A stretch of 63,478 nt of DNA, filler included, from Octopus bimaculoides (Eukaryota): the NCBI RefSeq assembly GCF_001194135.2. It is 8 parts of 7 records of this genome, joined end to end, with 100 filler letters (N's around TTAATTAATTAA, not from the genome) between each part and the next. Parts side by side here need not be neighbours in the genome. Positions count along the whole stretch, not along the records: positions 1 to 13,664 come from NC_068996.1; 7 more parts are not named here. One strand, written 5' to 3'. The notes below the pieces were generated by a model. The model was not told the DNA's origin and did not search any database. It saw only the letters and a program-made list of their open reading frames with translations. Within the stretch, counting starts at the first letter, position 1. The number at the start of each line of letters is the position of its first letter. This document shows, in pieces, positions 1 through 13,326 of this stretch. The position numbers and the translations under genes were made by a program.

Positions 1-329
1 TTTTGAGCGTGGCCGTTGCCAGTACCGCCTGACTGGCTCCCGTAGGATTTTCGAGTGAGATCGTTGCCAGTGCCCCTGGACTGGCTTGTGCGGGTGGCAC
101 ATAAAAGACACCATTTCGAGCGTGGACGTTTTCGTGCGGGTGACACGTAAAAGCACCCACTACACTCTCTGAGTGGTTGGCGTTAGGAAGGGCATCCAGC
201 TGTAGAAACTCTGCCAAATTAGATTGGAGCCTGGTGTTGCCATCCGGTTTCACCAGTCCTCAGTCAAATCGTCCAACCCATGCTAGCATGGAAAGCGGAC
301 GTTAAACGATGATGATGATGATGATGATG
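1..329 (+). mobile_element. RTE-clade LINE 3' UTR with (GAT)n tail (cut by window edge)
   Basis: Ends ...CCCATGCTAGCATGGAAAGCGGACGTTAAACG(ATG)n; same 3' UTR follows the RTE RT C-terminus at 16514-17445 and is inverted at 2398-2797. Confidence 0.85.
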
Positions 330-550
330 CATGCGCACGGCGTTACTACAAGGCCTATTGACTTATTCTTACTCTTTACTCTCAGACTAGATGCAGATAT
401 CTTATATGGGACACCACCGTGAGAAGCTCGTTTACTCCATCACATATCGTTAATGTTGCGAGTGGGGTCAGTGAATCCATAATTGAATGAAATAAGACAC
501 TGAAATATCTTACATCTATCAATAAATTAGATTTTTCAACTTGTGGCTTT

Positions 551-695
551 TCAGATATCGGTAGGAGTTGGACCACTGACAAGATCACTGTTTTCCGTTT
601 CATTAGTTCCCTGTTGCAACTGCTGCACCAGATGAGGTTCTATGTTGGTGCCCGGATGTTCCACCACTTCAAACTCACAATCACCAACAATAATG
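551..695 (-). CDS. Candidate terminal coding exon of an unidentified host gene (IIVGDCEFEVVEHPGTNIEPHLVQQLQQGTNETENSDLVSGPTPTDI*)
   Basis: Acceptor ACTTTCACAG, phase 2, 47 sense codons then TGA at 553-551; unique high-complexity sequence; no family recognised. Confidence 0.55.
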
Positions 696-945
696 CTGTG
701 AAAGTTTTGAGTGTCACATAAAAATTAAGGGTGGGGGTACACCAGTTTTCCTTGGTTTGAAGAAATATGCACTCCCCTATTTTATAATTCGTTTGCTTTT
801 TCTTTTTTCTTTCTCTCTCTTCTTACTTTTGTAAAGTACCTTCTTGTTTATTGTGAAAAAAAGAAAAAAAATAGTGAAATAATTCTAATGAAATATATTT
901 TCCTAATATTCAATATTTCAAACACCAACTAGAAGGCTGAAATTT

Positions 946-988
<43 letters not shown>

Positions 989-1114
989 CACGTGCACACA
1001 GACACACACACATACACACACGCACACATGCACACACATATATGGCAGCCAATTAATCAACTGGCAGAGTTGTTTAAGTATCAGACAGATTACTTTGTGG
1101 TAATCATTTTGGCA

Positions 1115-1207
1115 CCCCATGAGTTCAAATCTCATTGAGATCAACCTTGCCTTTCATATTTTCAGGATCATTAAATAAAACACTAGTCCTGTACTGGGGT
1201 CGATTTT
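1115..1207 (+). mobile_element. Degraded SINE family C fragment
   Basis: GAGTTCAAAT...CTTGCCTTTCAT...TACTGGGGTCGAT matches the copy at 48734-48932. Confidence 0.6.
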
Positions 1208-1279
1208 TCTCCTTCTCTCTCTGTCTCTCTCTCACTCTCTCCCCTCCCCTCCTGCCGCTCTTTTTCTTGAAGAAATCAC

Positions 1280-1318
1280 TTGTAGTGAGACTTGGAGAGG
1301 GATGGGTCTACACCAGAT
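1280..1318 (-). CDS. Candidate 39-nt internal exon (SGVDPSLSKSHY), phase-compatible with the 551-695 exon
   Basis: GTATTTTAG acceptor, GTGATT donor; phase 2-2; AA + C gives Asn at the junction, reading SKSHY-N-IIVGD. Confidence 0.35.
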
Positions 1319-1560
1319 CTAAAATACCCAAGGTATACCATATGACACAGTTGCACACCTACAAACAGTTAAGGACTCATTGCATGACATAATGGGATGG
1401 GTTCACCCTGTGCACCCACAAAACTTTATGTCATATGGAGCTATATCAAACTGCTATTAAAACATACACATGTATGTATGTATGTATGTGCATGTGTATG
1501 TATGTACGTATGTATGTATGTATGTATGTATGCATGTATGTATGTATGTATGTATGTATG

Positions 1561-2012
1561 TATTAGAATGAAGGATAGCAGGATTCCTAAGCAGATGCTC
1601 TATGGAGAACTTGTGAATGGAAGGAGACTCCGGCAGAAACCAAGGCTGCGATTTAAGGACTGTGTCAAGTCCTCATTAAAGGCCTGTGATATGCAGGACA
1701 CTGACCGGGAGAACAATGCCTGTCATCGCCACAGATGGAGGAAGCAGGTTAAGGAGGGGATCGACACTTTTGAGAGAGCACGTATCCAGCATGAAGAACT
1801 TAAGCGAGCTGCGCGAAAGTGTACGGCTCGTATAGTGAACGGGGAAATCTTGGTCTGCAATGTTTGCAGTCTTGTATGCTTGTCAAGAGCAGGGCTCATT
1901 AGCCACCAACGGAGCCACAAATGCAAAATATAAGTTAGTCTTAGAGCACACAATGTTCCTGAAGGTCGGCAATGGTCTTCCTCGGTCACAAGTGAATGGC
2001 CATCATCATCAT
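1561..2012 (+). mobile_element. RTE (BovB/RTE-1-like) LINE 3' end: RT C-terminus, zinc-finger motif, (CAT)n tail
   Basis: RMKDSRIPKQMLYGELVNGRRLRQKPRLRFKDCVKSSLK...CNVCSLVCLSRAGLISHQRSH*, then GTCTTCCTCGGTCACAAGTGAATGGC(CAT)n. Confidence 0.9.
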
Positions 2013-2397
2013 GTATGTATGTGTGTGTATGGATGTATGTATGTATGTATGTATGTATGTTTGTGTGTATGTATGTGTGTATGTATGTATGTGTGTGTAT
2101 GTATGTATGTGTGTGTGTATATATGGGTGTGTGCATGTGTTTGTATGTATGTATGTGTGTATGTGTGTATGTNNNNNNNNNNNNNNNNNNNNNNNNNNNN
2201 NNNNNNNNNNNNNNNNNNNNNNNNNNNNNNNNNNNNNNNNNNNNNNNNNNNNNNNNNNNNNNNNNNNNNNNNNNNNNNNNNNNNNNNNNNNNNNNNNNNN
2301 NNNNNNNNNNNNNNNNNNNNNNNNNNNNNNNNNNNNNNNNNNNNNNNNNNNNNNNNNNNNNNNNNNNNNNNNNNNNNNNNNNNNNNNNNNNNNNNNN

Positions 2398-2795
2398 CAT
2401 CATCATCGTTTAACGTCTGCTTTCCATGCTAGCATGGGTTGGACGATTTGACTGAGGACTGGTGAAACCAGATGGCTGCACCAGGCTCCAATCTGATTTG
2501 GCAGAGTTTCTACAGCTGGATGCCCTTCCTAATGCCAACCACTCTGAGAGTGTAGTGAGTGCTTTTATGTGCCACTGGCACGAGGGCCAGTCAGGCGGTA
2601 CTGGCAACAGCCATGCTCAAAATGGTGTTTTTTATGTGCCACCCGCACAAGAGCCAGTCCAGGGGCACTGGCAACGATCTCGCTCAAATGATTTTCTAAC
2701 GTGCCACCGGTACAAGTGCCAGTAAGGCGATGCTGGTAACGATCACGCTCAAATGGTGCTACATATGGGCCACTAGCACGGAAGCCAAACAGCTG

Positions 2796-2797
<2 letters not shown>
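2398..2797 (-). mobile_element. RTE-clade LINE 3' UTR (same family as 1-329)
   Basis: Reverse complement of the 3' UTR, beginning CATCATCATCGTTTAACGTCTGCTTTCCATGCTAGCATGGG. Confidence 0.85.
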
Positions 2798-2831
<34 letters not shown>

Positions 2832-3801
2832 TCATCTAACAATCTAAATATCAGAAAAAAATGCATTTGTAAATTTGTCAGTAGAGTGGGTATATTAATC
2901 AAAGTGCACTGTTTGTGGTACCATCAGAGTATATTGAATTCCTATCTCAATCTGTTGAAACATCTGAAATTACTTTTGCTTGCCTTTCCTACTTTATAAC
3001 TGGTTTAATCTGGTTTTAACCATGTTGGAACTTTACTTTCCCATAAAAGAATTGGACTGGATGTGACACAACGAGGAGGCTTGTGCCTAAAGTTGACAAG
3101 TTTGAAGCTGAATGTATCTGCATTAGCTGCATTGCACCAGATGCATGGTTCTCATTAAAAAGTTTTATTCTTTTCCTTTATGATACAATCATTAATTATT
3201 TTTGCATCGGTAGTTCTGATCAAAGGTTCATTTGGGGAAAATGAAAATCAGTGTAAAAGAAAGCACAAGTTTCCAGAAGTTAATCTGTCAGCATAATATA
3301 GAGCTAACGTTAGAATTCTATTCATACTAATGGCAAAACTAAACCCACAATAAAGGATTTGTAAACAACCGCATATTTAGTACAAATGGCACAAATAGGG
3401 CAATGAGTCTACGGGGGCAGGGGTTGTGTCAGGGTTTTTTTATACAGGTAGGCGATGAAGCAGTTTTTGGCCAATAGATGGGTGATATTGCAATTCGACA
3501 TGAAAAGTTTGGGAAATACTGGATAGATAGATACCAACCAACCTACATACTTACCTACCTATATGCATAAATGCATAAATGCATGCATACATACAAATAC
3601 ACATACATATGCATGTATGAACATACATATGCATGTATGAACATACATGCATGCATGCATACATACATACATACATATGTATGTACATACATGCACACAT
3701 ACATACATACATATGCACATATGCATGCACACATACACATACATACATACACCCATACATAAATCCCAAAAAGAAACACACTCTAAAATGTTGGAGTCAT
3801 A

Positions 3802-4012
3802 ATATATTTTTCAGGAAGATAATTGTTGTGGATGGTCATAGAGTGACCATGGGTTCCACACCTACAAACCGCTTAGCATTCAGCAGCATAAGGATTATGC
3901 ACCTTCAGCCATTTGAATCTGACAAATCACCTATACCACTAAGTGCTTTATAGGTGCAAAGCGAATGGTCACTCTATAACCAATCATAACTTTTCATTTT
4001 CTAAAAATATAT
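3802..4012. repeat. Imperfect long inverted repeat (about 80-bp arms), MITE-like or fold-back
   Basis: Left ATATATTTTT...GGTCATAGAGTGACCAT...CACCTACAAA..CTTAG pairs with right CTAAG..TTTATAGGTG...ATGGTCACTCTATAACC...AAAAATATAT. Confidence 0.65.
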
Positions 4013-4086
4013 ACAAATATATATGTGTATGTGTATGTATGTGTGTGTATATATACATATATATATGTGTGTGCGTGTGTGTGTGT

Positions 4087-4610
4087 GGAGAAATGGATTG
4101 ATAAGGTAATCGAGGTAGTCAGAGTATGCAACAGAATACTTAAGATTAGATTAGTGCTACATCATGGGTTATCTCAGCCTATGCCCCTCAGCCGGGCCTA
4201 CTTGATAATCAGAAAGACCAATTTTATGACATCCTCTTGCAGACTACCTCATTGACGAATGACAGAGACCTTCTCTTTGTGGCTGATGACTTCAATGGAC
4301 ATGTTGGACAACATGCAGGGGGCTTCCATGGCGTACATGGAGGCTACGGTTTTGGTTCCCGCAATGAGGAGGGAACCAAGCTGCTGGAGTTCTGCGATGC
4401 AAATGATCTTATGGTTTGCAATGCCAATCACCTAGTCACCTACCGTTCTGACGGACACACTAGGCAAATTGACTACATCCTTGTCAGAAAAAGAGAAAGA
4501 TGGCTGCTTATAAATGCCAAAACCTTCCCAGGTGAAGAATGTACTCCACAACATAGACTAGTAGTTAGTGACTTCAGGATCAGGGCTAAATGGATGCCCC
4601 GTAAATTACC
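4087..4610 (+). mobile_element. RTE-clade LINE AP-endonuclease domain fragment (frameshifted)
   Basis: EKWIDKVIEVVRVCNRILKIRLVL / VISAYAPQPGL...DDFNGHVG...GFGSRNEEGTKLLEFCDANDLMVCN...QIDYILVRK...QHRLVVSDF: APE-type EEP motifs. Confidence 0.92.
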
Positions 4611-4756
4611 AGTTTGGCAAAAGAGACCAATAGAATAAGTACCAGGCTTTAAAAAAAGAATCCTGGAGTTGACTTGTTCAACTAAAACACNNNNNNNNNN
4701 NNNNNNNNNNNNNNNNNNNNNNNNNNNNNNNNNNNNNNNNNNNNNNNNNNNNNNNN

Positions 4757-4795
<39 letters not shown>

Positions 4796-6189
4796 GAATT
4801 TGGAGTTAGCGTTGGTAGATTTACAACCACTAACAATGATGAAGGTAAAAAGTTAAGATATGAATTAAAAATGTGAGAGATTATATGAATGGAACAAAGG
4901 AATGAATAATGTGTGACTATACTTGCAGATATAGGCTTGCATACAACTATACAGGGCATTGTTTGCAATGTAGAAGGCTTGTTGGCTTTTAAAATTTGAA
5001 TGACATTTTTTGTGAGTGTAGTTTGGAATCCCTTTTGAATAACAGATGAGTAATAGGGTTTTGGCAAAAAGACTGTTTTCCCTTCATTGTGCAGATAATA
5101 TAAAGACTATTATTTCCCTCATACATTTTAGCTCTAGAAAGTGTGTTCCGTTTAAGATTATATATTATTGAAACATCCTTTAAAGACTATGAAGCCAAAG
5201 AAGTAAGCAGCTGTCATGGTTTTTAAAAGAATGTATGTGCAGATAAAATCTTGATTTGAATAGATTTGAGGTCAAAGCAACTTAAGCTTTTGAGTTGTTG
5301 TTAAATGCCAGATACTGGTATGCAGTAATCTTAGATATGCAGTTGAATTCTAGAGAGTTGTTACCAGAATCAAAGCAGTGCTATATGTTTGCATTTTTAT
5401 TTTAATTTTGTTAATGATTTGTTATGCTTATTTAGTTTAGTTGTGCTATGCTTAATTATAGTCAAAATTTGAGGTAATTAATAGAAAAGTTTGACAGTAT
5501 TTTTATTAAATATTTTTTGATATTTATGTTTTGTAGGTAAATGCTTCTGAAGGAGCTTAAACACTTGAGTAAATACTTTGCTGATACCCGTCTCCCAATG
5601 ACTTTTGCAGCTTTTGGAACATGTTAAAGGACATTTTTTAGAGGTACTGCACGTTTCTTGTAGCAAATTTTGTTTTTCGTTCTTCTGTCATCTTAAATTA
5701 ATGACTTTTCAGGGAGATTTCACCCATGAGATCAAAAATGTCTTCAGTGTCCAAATCTGAAAATAAAAGTTGCTAGAGGACAAGAACCATTTGATGCTTT
5801 ATCAGAAGAGACATAGATAAAAGATGATAAGTGAGTAGGAACATTTTCATGGTGAGGTATCCTGGTTTTGTTTCTCCCTGCATTGGGGATCTTCTTTCAT
5901 ACTGTTTTTCTCAAACACCTCAAACTATTTATAGATGTCTGATTACATGAGACAAACTGAAAATAAATGATAGCTTTCCAATCAAAAATGATAATTAACT
6001 CCAGCTTCACATTTGAGCAGATCTGGTATGCATTTTTTGGTTGCAGTAATTGTAATCTACTCCACTACAATGGCACATTTTGTTTAACATCGCAGTCCTA
6101 TATTCACATTCAACTACTTTACAGAAGTGGCACTTTACAGAAATTTTCATCAGGAAACATTTCCTCACTCTGACAGTTCTATTTTGGTC

Positions 6190-6648
6190 TTATGTATGTA
6201 TGTATGTATGTATGCATGTATGTATGTATGTATGTGTGTATGTATGTATGTGTGTATGTATGTGTGTATGTATGTATGTATGTATGTATGGATGTGTGTG
6301 TATGTATGGATGTGTGTGTATGTATGTATGTATGTATGTATGTGTGTATGTATATGTGTATGGATGTGTGTGTATGTATGTATGTGTGTGTATGTGTGTA
6401 TTATGTATGAATGTATGTGTGTATGTATGTGTGTATGTATGTATTATGTATGTATGTGTGTGTGTATGTATGTATGTATGTATGTATGTATGTGTGTATG
6501 TGTGTATGTATGTATGTATGTATGCATGTATGTATGTATGTATGTGTGTATGTATGTATGTATGGATGTGTGTGTATGTATGTATGTATGTGTGTATATA
6601 TGTGTGTATGTATGTGTGTATGTATGTATGTATGTATGTATGTATGTA
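6190..6648. repeat. (TATG)n/(TG)n compound microsatellite
   Basis: Direct inspection. Confidence 0.95.
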
Positions 6649-7225
6649 TTGGTGTGGAGGATAGTGCTCATCTTAAAACTTTTAACAGATCCTCCGAGAC
6701 AAGTTAGCCTCAAACTGGTGACCTGACTCAAGTGCTTACCACAAAATAAACTCTGCTAAGGCTCCCAAAGACCAGGTGCTGGTGTTAAACAGGTAACAGA
6801 TTAAGCTCATCACCCAAAAACTGAAAACAAAAGCAGGTGGAATAAATACCTCAGAGTTTTTCATCTGACGATATGATCGGCCACTTCCCTTGCTAGAACT
6901 TTATTACATCAACCCTGAAAAGACAAAAAGTAAGGAGGATTTTGAAAAAGCTTGATGCTGATTACAGAGCACAAGAGAGCAGCTAAGCTGGAAACTGAAG
7001 GGTGAAGACAAGCAATGATTTGGTTATCACTGCCAACCAACCATCAAGGGAGTGTTGTTACTGTTCAGGGTTGAAATATCCAATAACAATTCTGACACTG
7101 TCTAATGCCATCAACTCCGCCTCTTAGTCAAGGCGACCCACATCAAAAGTAAATGGAGAAACGTACTTTATGATGTCATCATCCTCTTCTAGTAGACATA
7201 TATATACATTACACCTGTTTGTGCA

Positions 7226-7680
7226 TTTTTTACTTATTTCAGCCATTGGACTGTGGCCATGCTGGGTTGTCACCTTGAAGGGTTTAGTTGAAAAATTTGA
7301 CCCCAGGACATATTTTTTAAAGCTTGGTACTTATTCCATCAGTATCTTTTGCTGAACTGTCAAGTTAGAGGAACATAAACAAACTAACACCAGCTGCCAA
7401 GCAATGGTGCGGGATAAACACAAATACAAATACACATACACATACACACAATACAAACATACACATACACACAATACAAACATACACATACACACAATAC
7501 AAACATACACATACACATATACAAGCTTCTTTCAGTCTCTGTTTACCAAATCCACTTACAAGACTTCAGTTGGACCAAGGCTATAGTACACGACACTTGG
7601 CCAAGGTGATACACAATGGGTCTGAACCCATAACCATGTGGTTGGGAAGCAAACTTCTTATCACGCATCCACACTTGTGC
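7226..7680 (-). mobile_element. Old SINE family A copy with expanded internal microsatellite
   Basis: Aligns end to end with the 27504-27898 copy; many CpG-to-TpG/CpA changes. Confidence 0.8.
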
Positions 7681-7719
7681 CATACATACATATCTACACA
7701 CACACACACACACTGATAA

Positions 7720-7768
<49 letters not shown>

Positions 7769-8544
7769 CAGACAGACGGACAGATGGAGGACGGACGGAC
7801 AGAAGAGACAGACAGACAGACGGGCAGGCAGGCAGACAGAAAGGAAAATTCAGTCATCACTAAATGTGACTAAGAGTGCCTAGACACCGACATTGCTAAA
7901 AATAGGAGTAAAATACTCCTTGGGCTGTAGGAAGAGCACAAATCTATACACATACAGTGACAGGAGAAGAAATCTATTCTTTTCTACCTCCCCATGACCA
8001 AATTGAGAATCTCTCAGACAAGATGTCTGGTTTCAGTAAAAGAAAAAACTATATCTACAACAATGTGTGTTGAACACTACTCTCTCATTTGTTTGACATG
8101 CTTGTTTATGCATGTGTGTGTGTGTGTGTGTATGTGTGTGTATAAACATGCATACATGCATACATATATTTATGCATATATGTGTAGATATATACATATA
8201 CAAATACATACATACACATACATACATACACACATACATATATGAATACATACATACATACATACATATATGCATGCATACATTCATACGTACATACATA
8301 CATACATACATACACACATACATACACATACATTCACATATACATACACACGTATATACATACACACATACACACATACATACATACATACATACACACA
8401 TACATGGCATACATACACTCATGCATACATACATACATACATACATACATGCATACATACATGTATACATAAATACATACACACACATGTATACATACAC
8501 ACACATGTATACATACACACACATGTACATACATAACAAAATGC

Positions 8545-9180
8545 CAAGACTAATGCTGGGATGCGTAGAAAAGAATAAATTTAATGTCACCTACGCATTT
8601 TTTTTGTTGATGGTCTTTGTTGATATTCTGGTAATATGACAAACATCAAGAGACAATTAGAACTAGTCACAGCATTCTCACGAGGTATAGGAATGGAGTC
8701 TGGGCAAGATAAATGCTCATCCATGATAATCAACCAAGGAAATCTTGTTGACCAGGCAGAGAATATGTACGTCAATGGCTTGTCTCTCTCCCCTATTACT
8801 AACGATGGAAGTTACAGGTACCCCAGAATTGATGAGAATGTTGCATATATTGGTGCTGTGACTAAAGCCAGAATAACAAAAGAGTACTTCGGTAGATTCC
8901 AGAAAATATGGAACTCAGAGCTCTCTCCATTTAACTTGACCATTTCTCACAATGCTTTTGCAGTTCCAGTGCTAGTACCAACATTTGGGGTATAGGACTG
9001 GATACTCGGTGAGATACACAGCCTTAATATCAAAACCAGAAAGGTACTGACCACCACTGGCAACTTCCACATTAACAGCAACACTGATAGGATTCAAGCC
9101 AGTCGCTAACAAAGAGACAAAACGTTTTTGAGTTGAAGGTGATGGGCTTAAACTCTTTCAAGAAGAACTTAAACAAAACT
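8545..9180 (+). mobile_element. R4/Dong-like (RLE-type non-LTR) reverse transcriptase fragment
   Basis: FVD(I)L, then KRQLELVTAFSRGIGMESGQDKC...EYFGRFQKIWNSELS...HNAFAVPVLVPTFGV*DW...EIHSLNIKTRKVLTTTGNFHINSNTDRI, the typical R4/Dong RT C-terminal region. Confidence 0.8.
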
Positions 9181-9189
9181 CAAATGGAA

Positions 9190-10206
9190 AAATATACACA
9201 CATACATACACACATACATACATACTTACACACACATACATACACATACATACATACACACACACATACATACATACATACACACATACATACATACACA
9301 CACATATACATACATACATACATACACACACACATGCACATATACATACATACATGCATGCATGCATGTATGCATACATACATACATACATACACACATA
9401 CATACATGCATGCTTGCATGTATACATACATACATACATACACACATACATACATACATACATATACACATGCATACATACATTCATACATACACACACA
9501 TACATACATACATACATACATACATACACACACGCATACATACATTCATACATACATACATACATACATACTTACATACATTCATACATACATACATACA
9601 TACATACATGCATGNNNNNNNNNNNNNNNNNNNNNNNNNNNNNNNNNNNNNNNNNNNNNNNNNNNNNNNNNNNNNNNNNNNNNNNNNNNNNNNNNNNNNN
9701 NNNNNNNNNNNNNNNNNNNNNNNNNNNNNNNNNNNNNNNNNNNNNNNNNNNNNNNNNNNNNNNNNNNNNNNNNNNNNNNNNNNNNNNNNNNNNNNNNNNN
9801 NNNNNNNNNNNNNNNNNNNNNNNNNNNNNATATACATACATACATGCACATATACATGCATACATACATACATACATACATACATACAGACAGACAGACA
9901 TACATGCATGCTTGCATGTATACATACATTCATACATACATACACACATACATACATACATACATATACACATGCATACATACATTCATACATACACACA
10001 CATACATACATACATACATACATACATACACACACGCATACATACATTCATACATACATACATACATACATACTTACATACATTCATACATACATACATA
10101 CATACATACATGCATGCATACATTCATTCATATACATATACATGCATGCACACATGCATGCATGCATATGCACACATACACACACACATACACACACACA
10201 CACACA
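9190..10206. repeat. (TACA)n/(CA)n compound microsatellite spanning a gap
   Basis: Direct inspection; an approximately 210-bp block is near-identical either side of the N run. Confidence 0.9.
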
Positions 10207-10936
10207 CGGTTTGGTTTGGTTTGGTGGAACCATTGCTGGTTTCCTTAATGAGTTGGAGAGACTACATTTCACTCTCGTTTAATTTTTGGTTTGATTTCTC
10301 ACCTTAATGATCTTTCTCCTTTTTAGCATCAAACATCTCACAAAGTGTACCGGCTGCATTTCATCATTGTATCATCATTACAGCGTATAGGAGTGAGAAA
10401 AAAAGGAAAGATAACAAGACATGGATAAATGGATACATGCCTGTCTGATCAATATCATTTTAATATGTCTAAAGATAAGCAAAAGAGAGAGAGAGGGAGC
10501 TAGAGTGACAAGAACAAAAGAGGAAAGTTTACAACGACTAAAAGAAACCAGATCAATCCAGCAGCATCTGTGGTTACAGTGGGAATGATACATGTTGAAT
10601 GGAAGATGTCTCTAACAAGATATTCCTGAATTTTTGGTAATTACCAGTATGATGGTTTGGTTCAGTAGATGTCAATGAAAAGAATAAAATTCCATTGGGA
10701 TTTTAAATACAAAAATATTTATTTTCATCATTAAGAAATTGTATTGTTGTTACTGCCAAAGACAACAAAAATGTATATACACTAAGATAGATGGTTTCAA
10801 AGTTTGTGTGAGATGTAGATGCAGTAATAAATGACAGTATCCATCGTCATGTAATTTTAGCAATTAGGTGATTTAGCTGCATTGATGTCATAATTGTTGT
10901 CATACATTGTCTTGGCTGGTGTTGGACACTACTTAC

Positions 10937-10999
10937 AGCTGACTGGCTTAAAGTATGTGCCACTACTTGCAGCAGGTAAAGACACAGTGGTACTTATAG
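10937..10999 (-). CDS. Candidate 63-nt internal exon (ISTTVSLPAASSGTYFKPVS)
   Basis: TTTTCTCTTTGAAAGAAATAG acceptor, strong GTAAGT donor; open only in phase 1-1. Confidence 0.4.
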
Positions 11000-12124
11000 C
11001 TATTTCTTTCAAAGAGAAAACAATAACAAAAGATGGCATTGTTAATGAGATCCTGTTTTATGGGGATGTCAGAGTGGTCAGTTCCTTAAAGCAATCTCTT
11101 CTATGCTCAAAAGTCTATAAAATGTAACTTCCTTGCTTCCTAGTCTTTACTTTCAGATGATTGACTCAGCAAAAGGTTTCTCAAAGTCTATTGTATATGT
11201 GCTCTGTTCATACGGTCTGTTTTTCCTCTATTGGTCACAAATCTATATTCTTATTCACCTTAAATGTGATATTTTTGAAAAGCTGATTCATCAGATCCAA
11301 TTCTTACAATTCTCAATAGATTCATATTATTTTCCTTTTTCACTTTTACATTATACCTTTAAGGGGTTCCTCTTCCAAATAGAGTGTGTATGTATTTGCA
11401 GATTTTACAGATTAGATATTACAGTGTGTGTGTTTGATCTCATGCTCACACACGTGAATGCAGTATTTTAGGGTCTTAATATCGAAACTATAATATTCAG
11501 GTGAAGTGATAGTGATGCACTGACATTGTACATATCCCTTTGTCAGCATTCGGTGATTGGGCAGAGAGTTGAGCTCTACTTAACAATTGTATGATCTGCA
11601 GTCAATTAAAATGATCCTACTACTTGACAATTGCTATATTTTATCAAACCTAAAAGATGGAAGAGCAAAGTAATCTGCTAGATTTGAACTTATAAAGAAC
11701 GATAACACATGTCACAAGATATTTTGTTCAAAGTTCTACTAATTCTGCCAATCCTTTATCCTAATATATTTTCATTATGAATCATTGTCAATGTATTTAA
11801 ATCTTCAAGAAAAGCACATGACTCTTCATGAGTTCATCAATGTAGCTAAATAGAAATATCTGTAGCTATAACTTTAATACCAATAAGATAACAAAGGAAC
11901 CTCCACATGGTCATATGCCCTGCCAGAAACAGCAGTCAAACCACTCTAAAATTCTTTTCTGCTCTCTTAGAAAAGGGAAAAGACATTTTGTAATGTAATT
12001 TTAAACACACAATGTGTTAATAAGGAAGGCATAATATTTGTGGCCGGAACAACTTTGATTTTAGTTTTCTTGATCAGAACAAATGACAACTTTGATCTGA
12101 TCATTGTTCGATCAAATTGATTGT

Positions 12125-12274
12125 TTTTACGTTCTGAGTTCAAATTCCGCCAAGGTTGACTTTGCCTTTCATCCTTTCGGGGTCGATAAATTAAGTACCA
12201 GTTGCATACTGGGTCAATCTAATCGACTGGCTCTCACTCCCAAAATTTCGGGCCTTGTGCCTAGAGTAGAAAAG
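12125..12274 (+). mobile_element. SINE family C (Meta-domain-like), 5'-truncated
   Basis: GTTCTGAGTTCAAATTCCGCCAAGGTTGACTTTGCCTTTCATCCTTTCGGGGTCGATAAATTAAGTACCAG. Confidence 0.8.
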
Positions 12275-13326
12275 TTTGATTGTTAATAGTATTTCCTCAA
12301 AACCATTTTGAAGCAATGTTGTCTGTGAAAGTTATTAAGAGAAACACGCAACACAAAATAATTTGTTGCTGCAATTCAAATGTAACATTTACAAATCTTC
12401 TCCTCTCGTTTGTATAAAGTACCACATAAAAAATATAAATGAAAATTAAAAAAGGATTAAATAGTTGTTATTGAGTAGCCCTAGATTAAGCAAGGTCAAC
12501 AATATTCTAGCCACGATCATCCCCTTTTTTTAAAACCCCATTATCCTCCTTTACTTGAATTGATTTGAAGAAGATTAAGTTGGTATAACAGTAATTTTAA
12601 ACTGCATTATTGACTTTTCTGAGTTCAAATCATGTGAAGGTATTCTTATCTTTCAAGGTACATAAAATAAGTATCAATAGGAACCTAAAATCGATTTAAT
12701 CAATATATTCTTTCTAATCTGAATGAAAACATTTGCACCTAGTCATAAGAATCAATATCAACAAAGCATACCAGGTCAAAATACTTCACTGAAAATCTTA
12801 TAGTACGAGATCACTCTGCCCTACTTTTAAACCATATTCGATTATTCATTGACCCTCATTTCTTCAGAGTTGACAGAATAAACATTAGTATTATATTAAC
12901 GGTGATTTAATCGATTACTATCCAGCATAAAAAGAAAGACCAAACTAAAATCAGTATTTCTCATTTTACTAAAATATAGGGCAGGTTGACCTAAAAAAAA
13001 ACTACTTTGTTATGAAATTTTTTGTATTTTATTTTTATTACTACAGCAACGTTCTGATTCCTAATTTGGTAATATATGGTTCCGAAAATAAAACTTGTAT
13101 TTAAAAAAGCACTTTATATTGCAAAGTAAAGAAATTTTATTTAACATTTAGTAAAATCATTCAAAAAAATCTATCTACTGATATCATTTTTAGAATATAT
13201 CTATCATTTAATATATATACTTTAGAAGAGAGATACTAATAGTATTATTCTGTTACATACAATAATTTGTCTGATTTATATAACATGCAATATGTCTGCA
13301 AGCAATTTTTCAGGTTCAGTGCATAC

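Noticed and set aside
5538-5835. Plus-strand exon-like segments with good splice sites (also near 19245)
   Set aside because: Stops in all frames and such sites are common in AT-rich DNA; a lncRNA cannot be excluded but is unsupported
7988-8026. 39-nt minus-strand exon candidate (ILSERFSIWSWG)
   Set aside because: Weak GTAGAA donor and open in two frames; not distinguishable from chance
9405-10117. Near-identical block of about 210 bp either side of a gap as a higher-order repeat
   Set aside because: Equally explained by unmerged overlapping contig ends; cannot be resolved from this sequence
11133-11471. 112-aa hydrophobic ORF as a membrane protein
   Set aside because: T-rich composition gives F/L/I/Y-rich frames by chance; no motif; antisense to the better-supported exons
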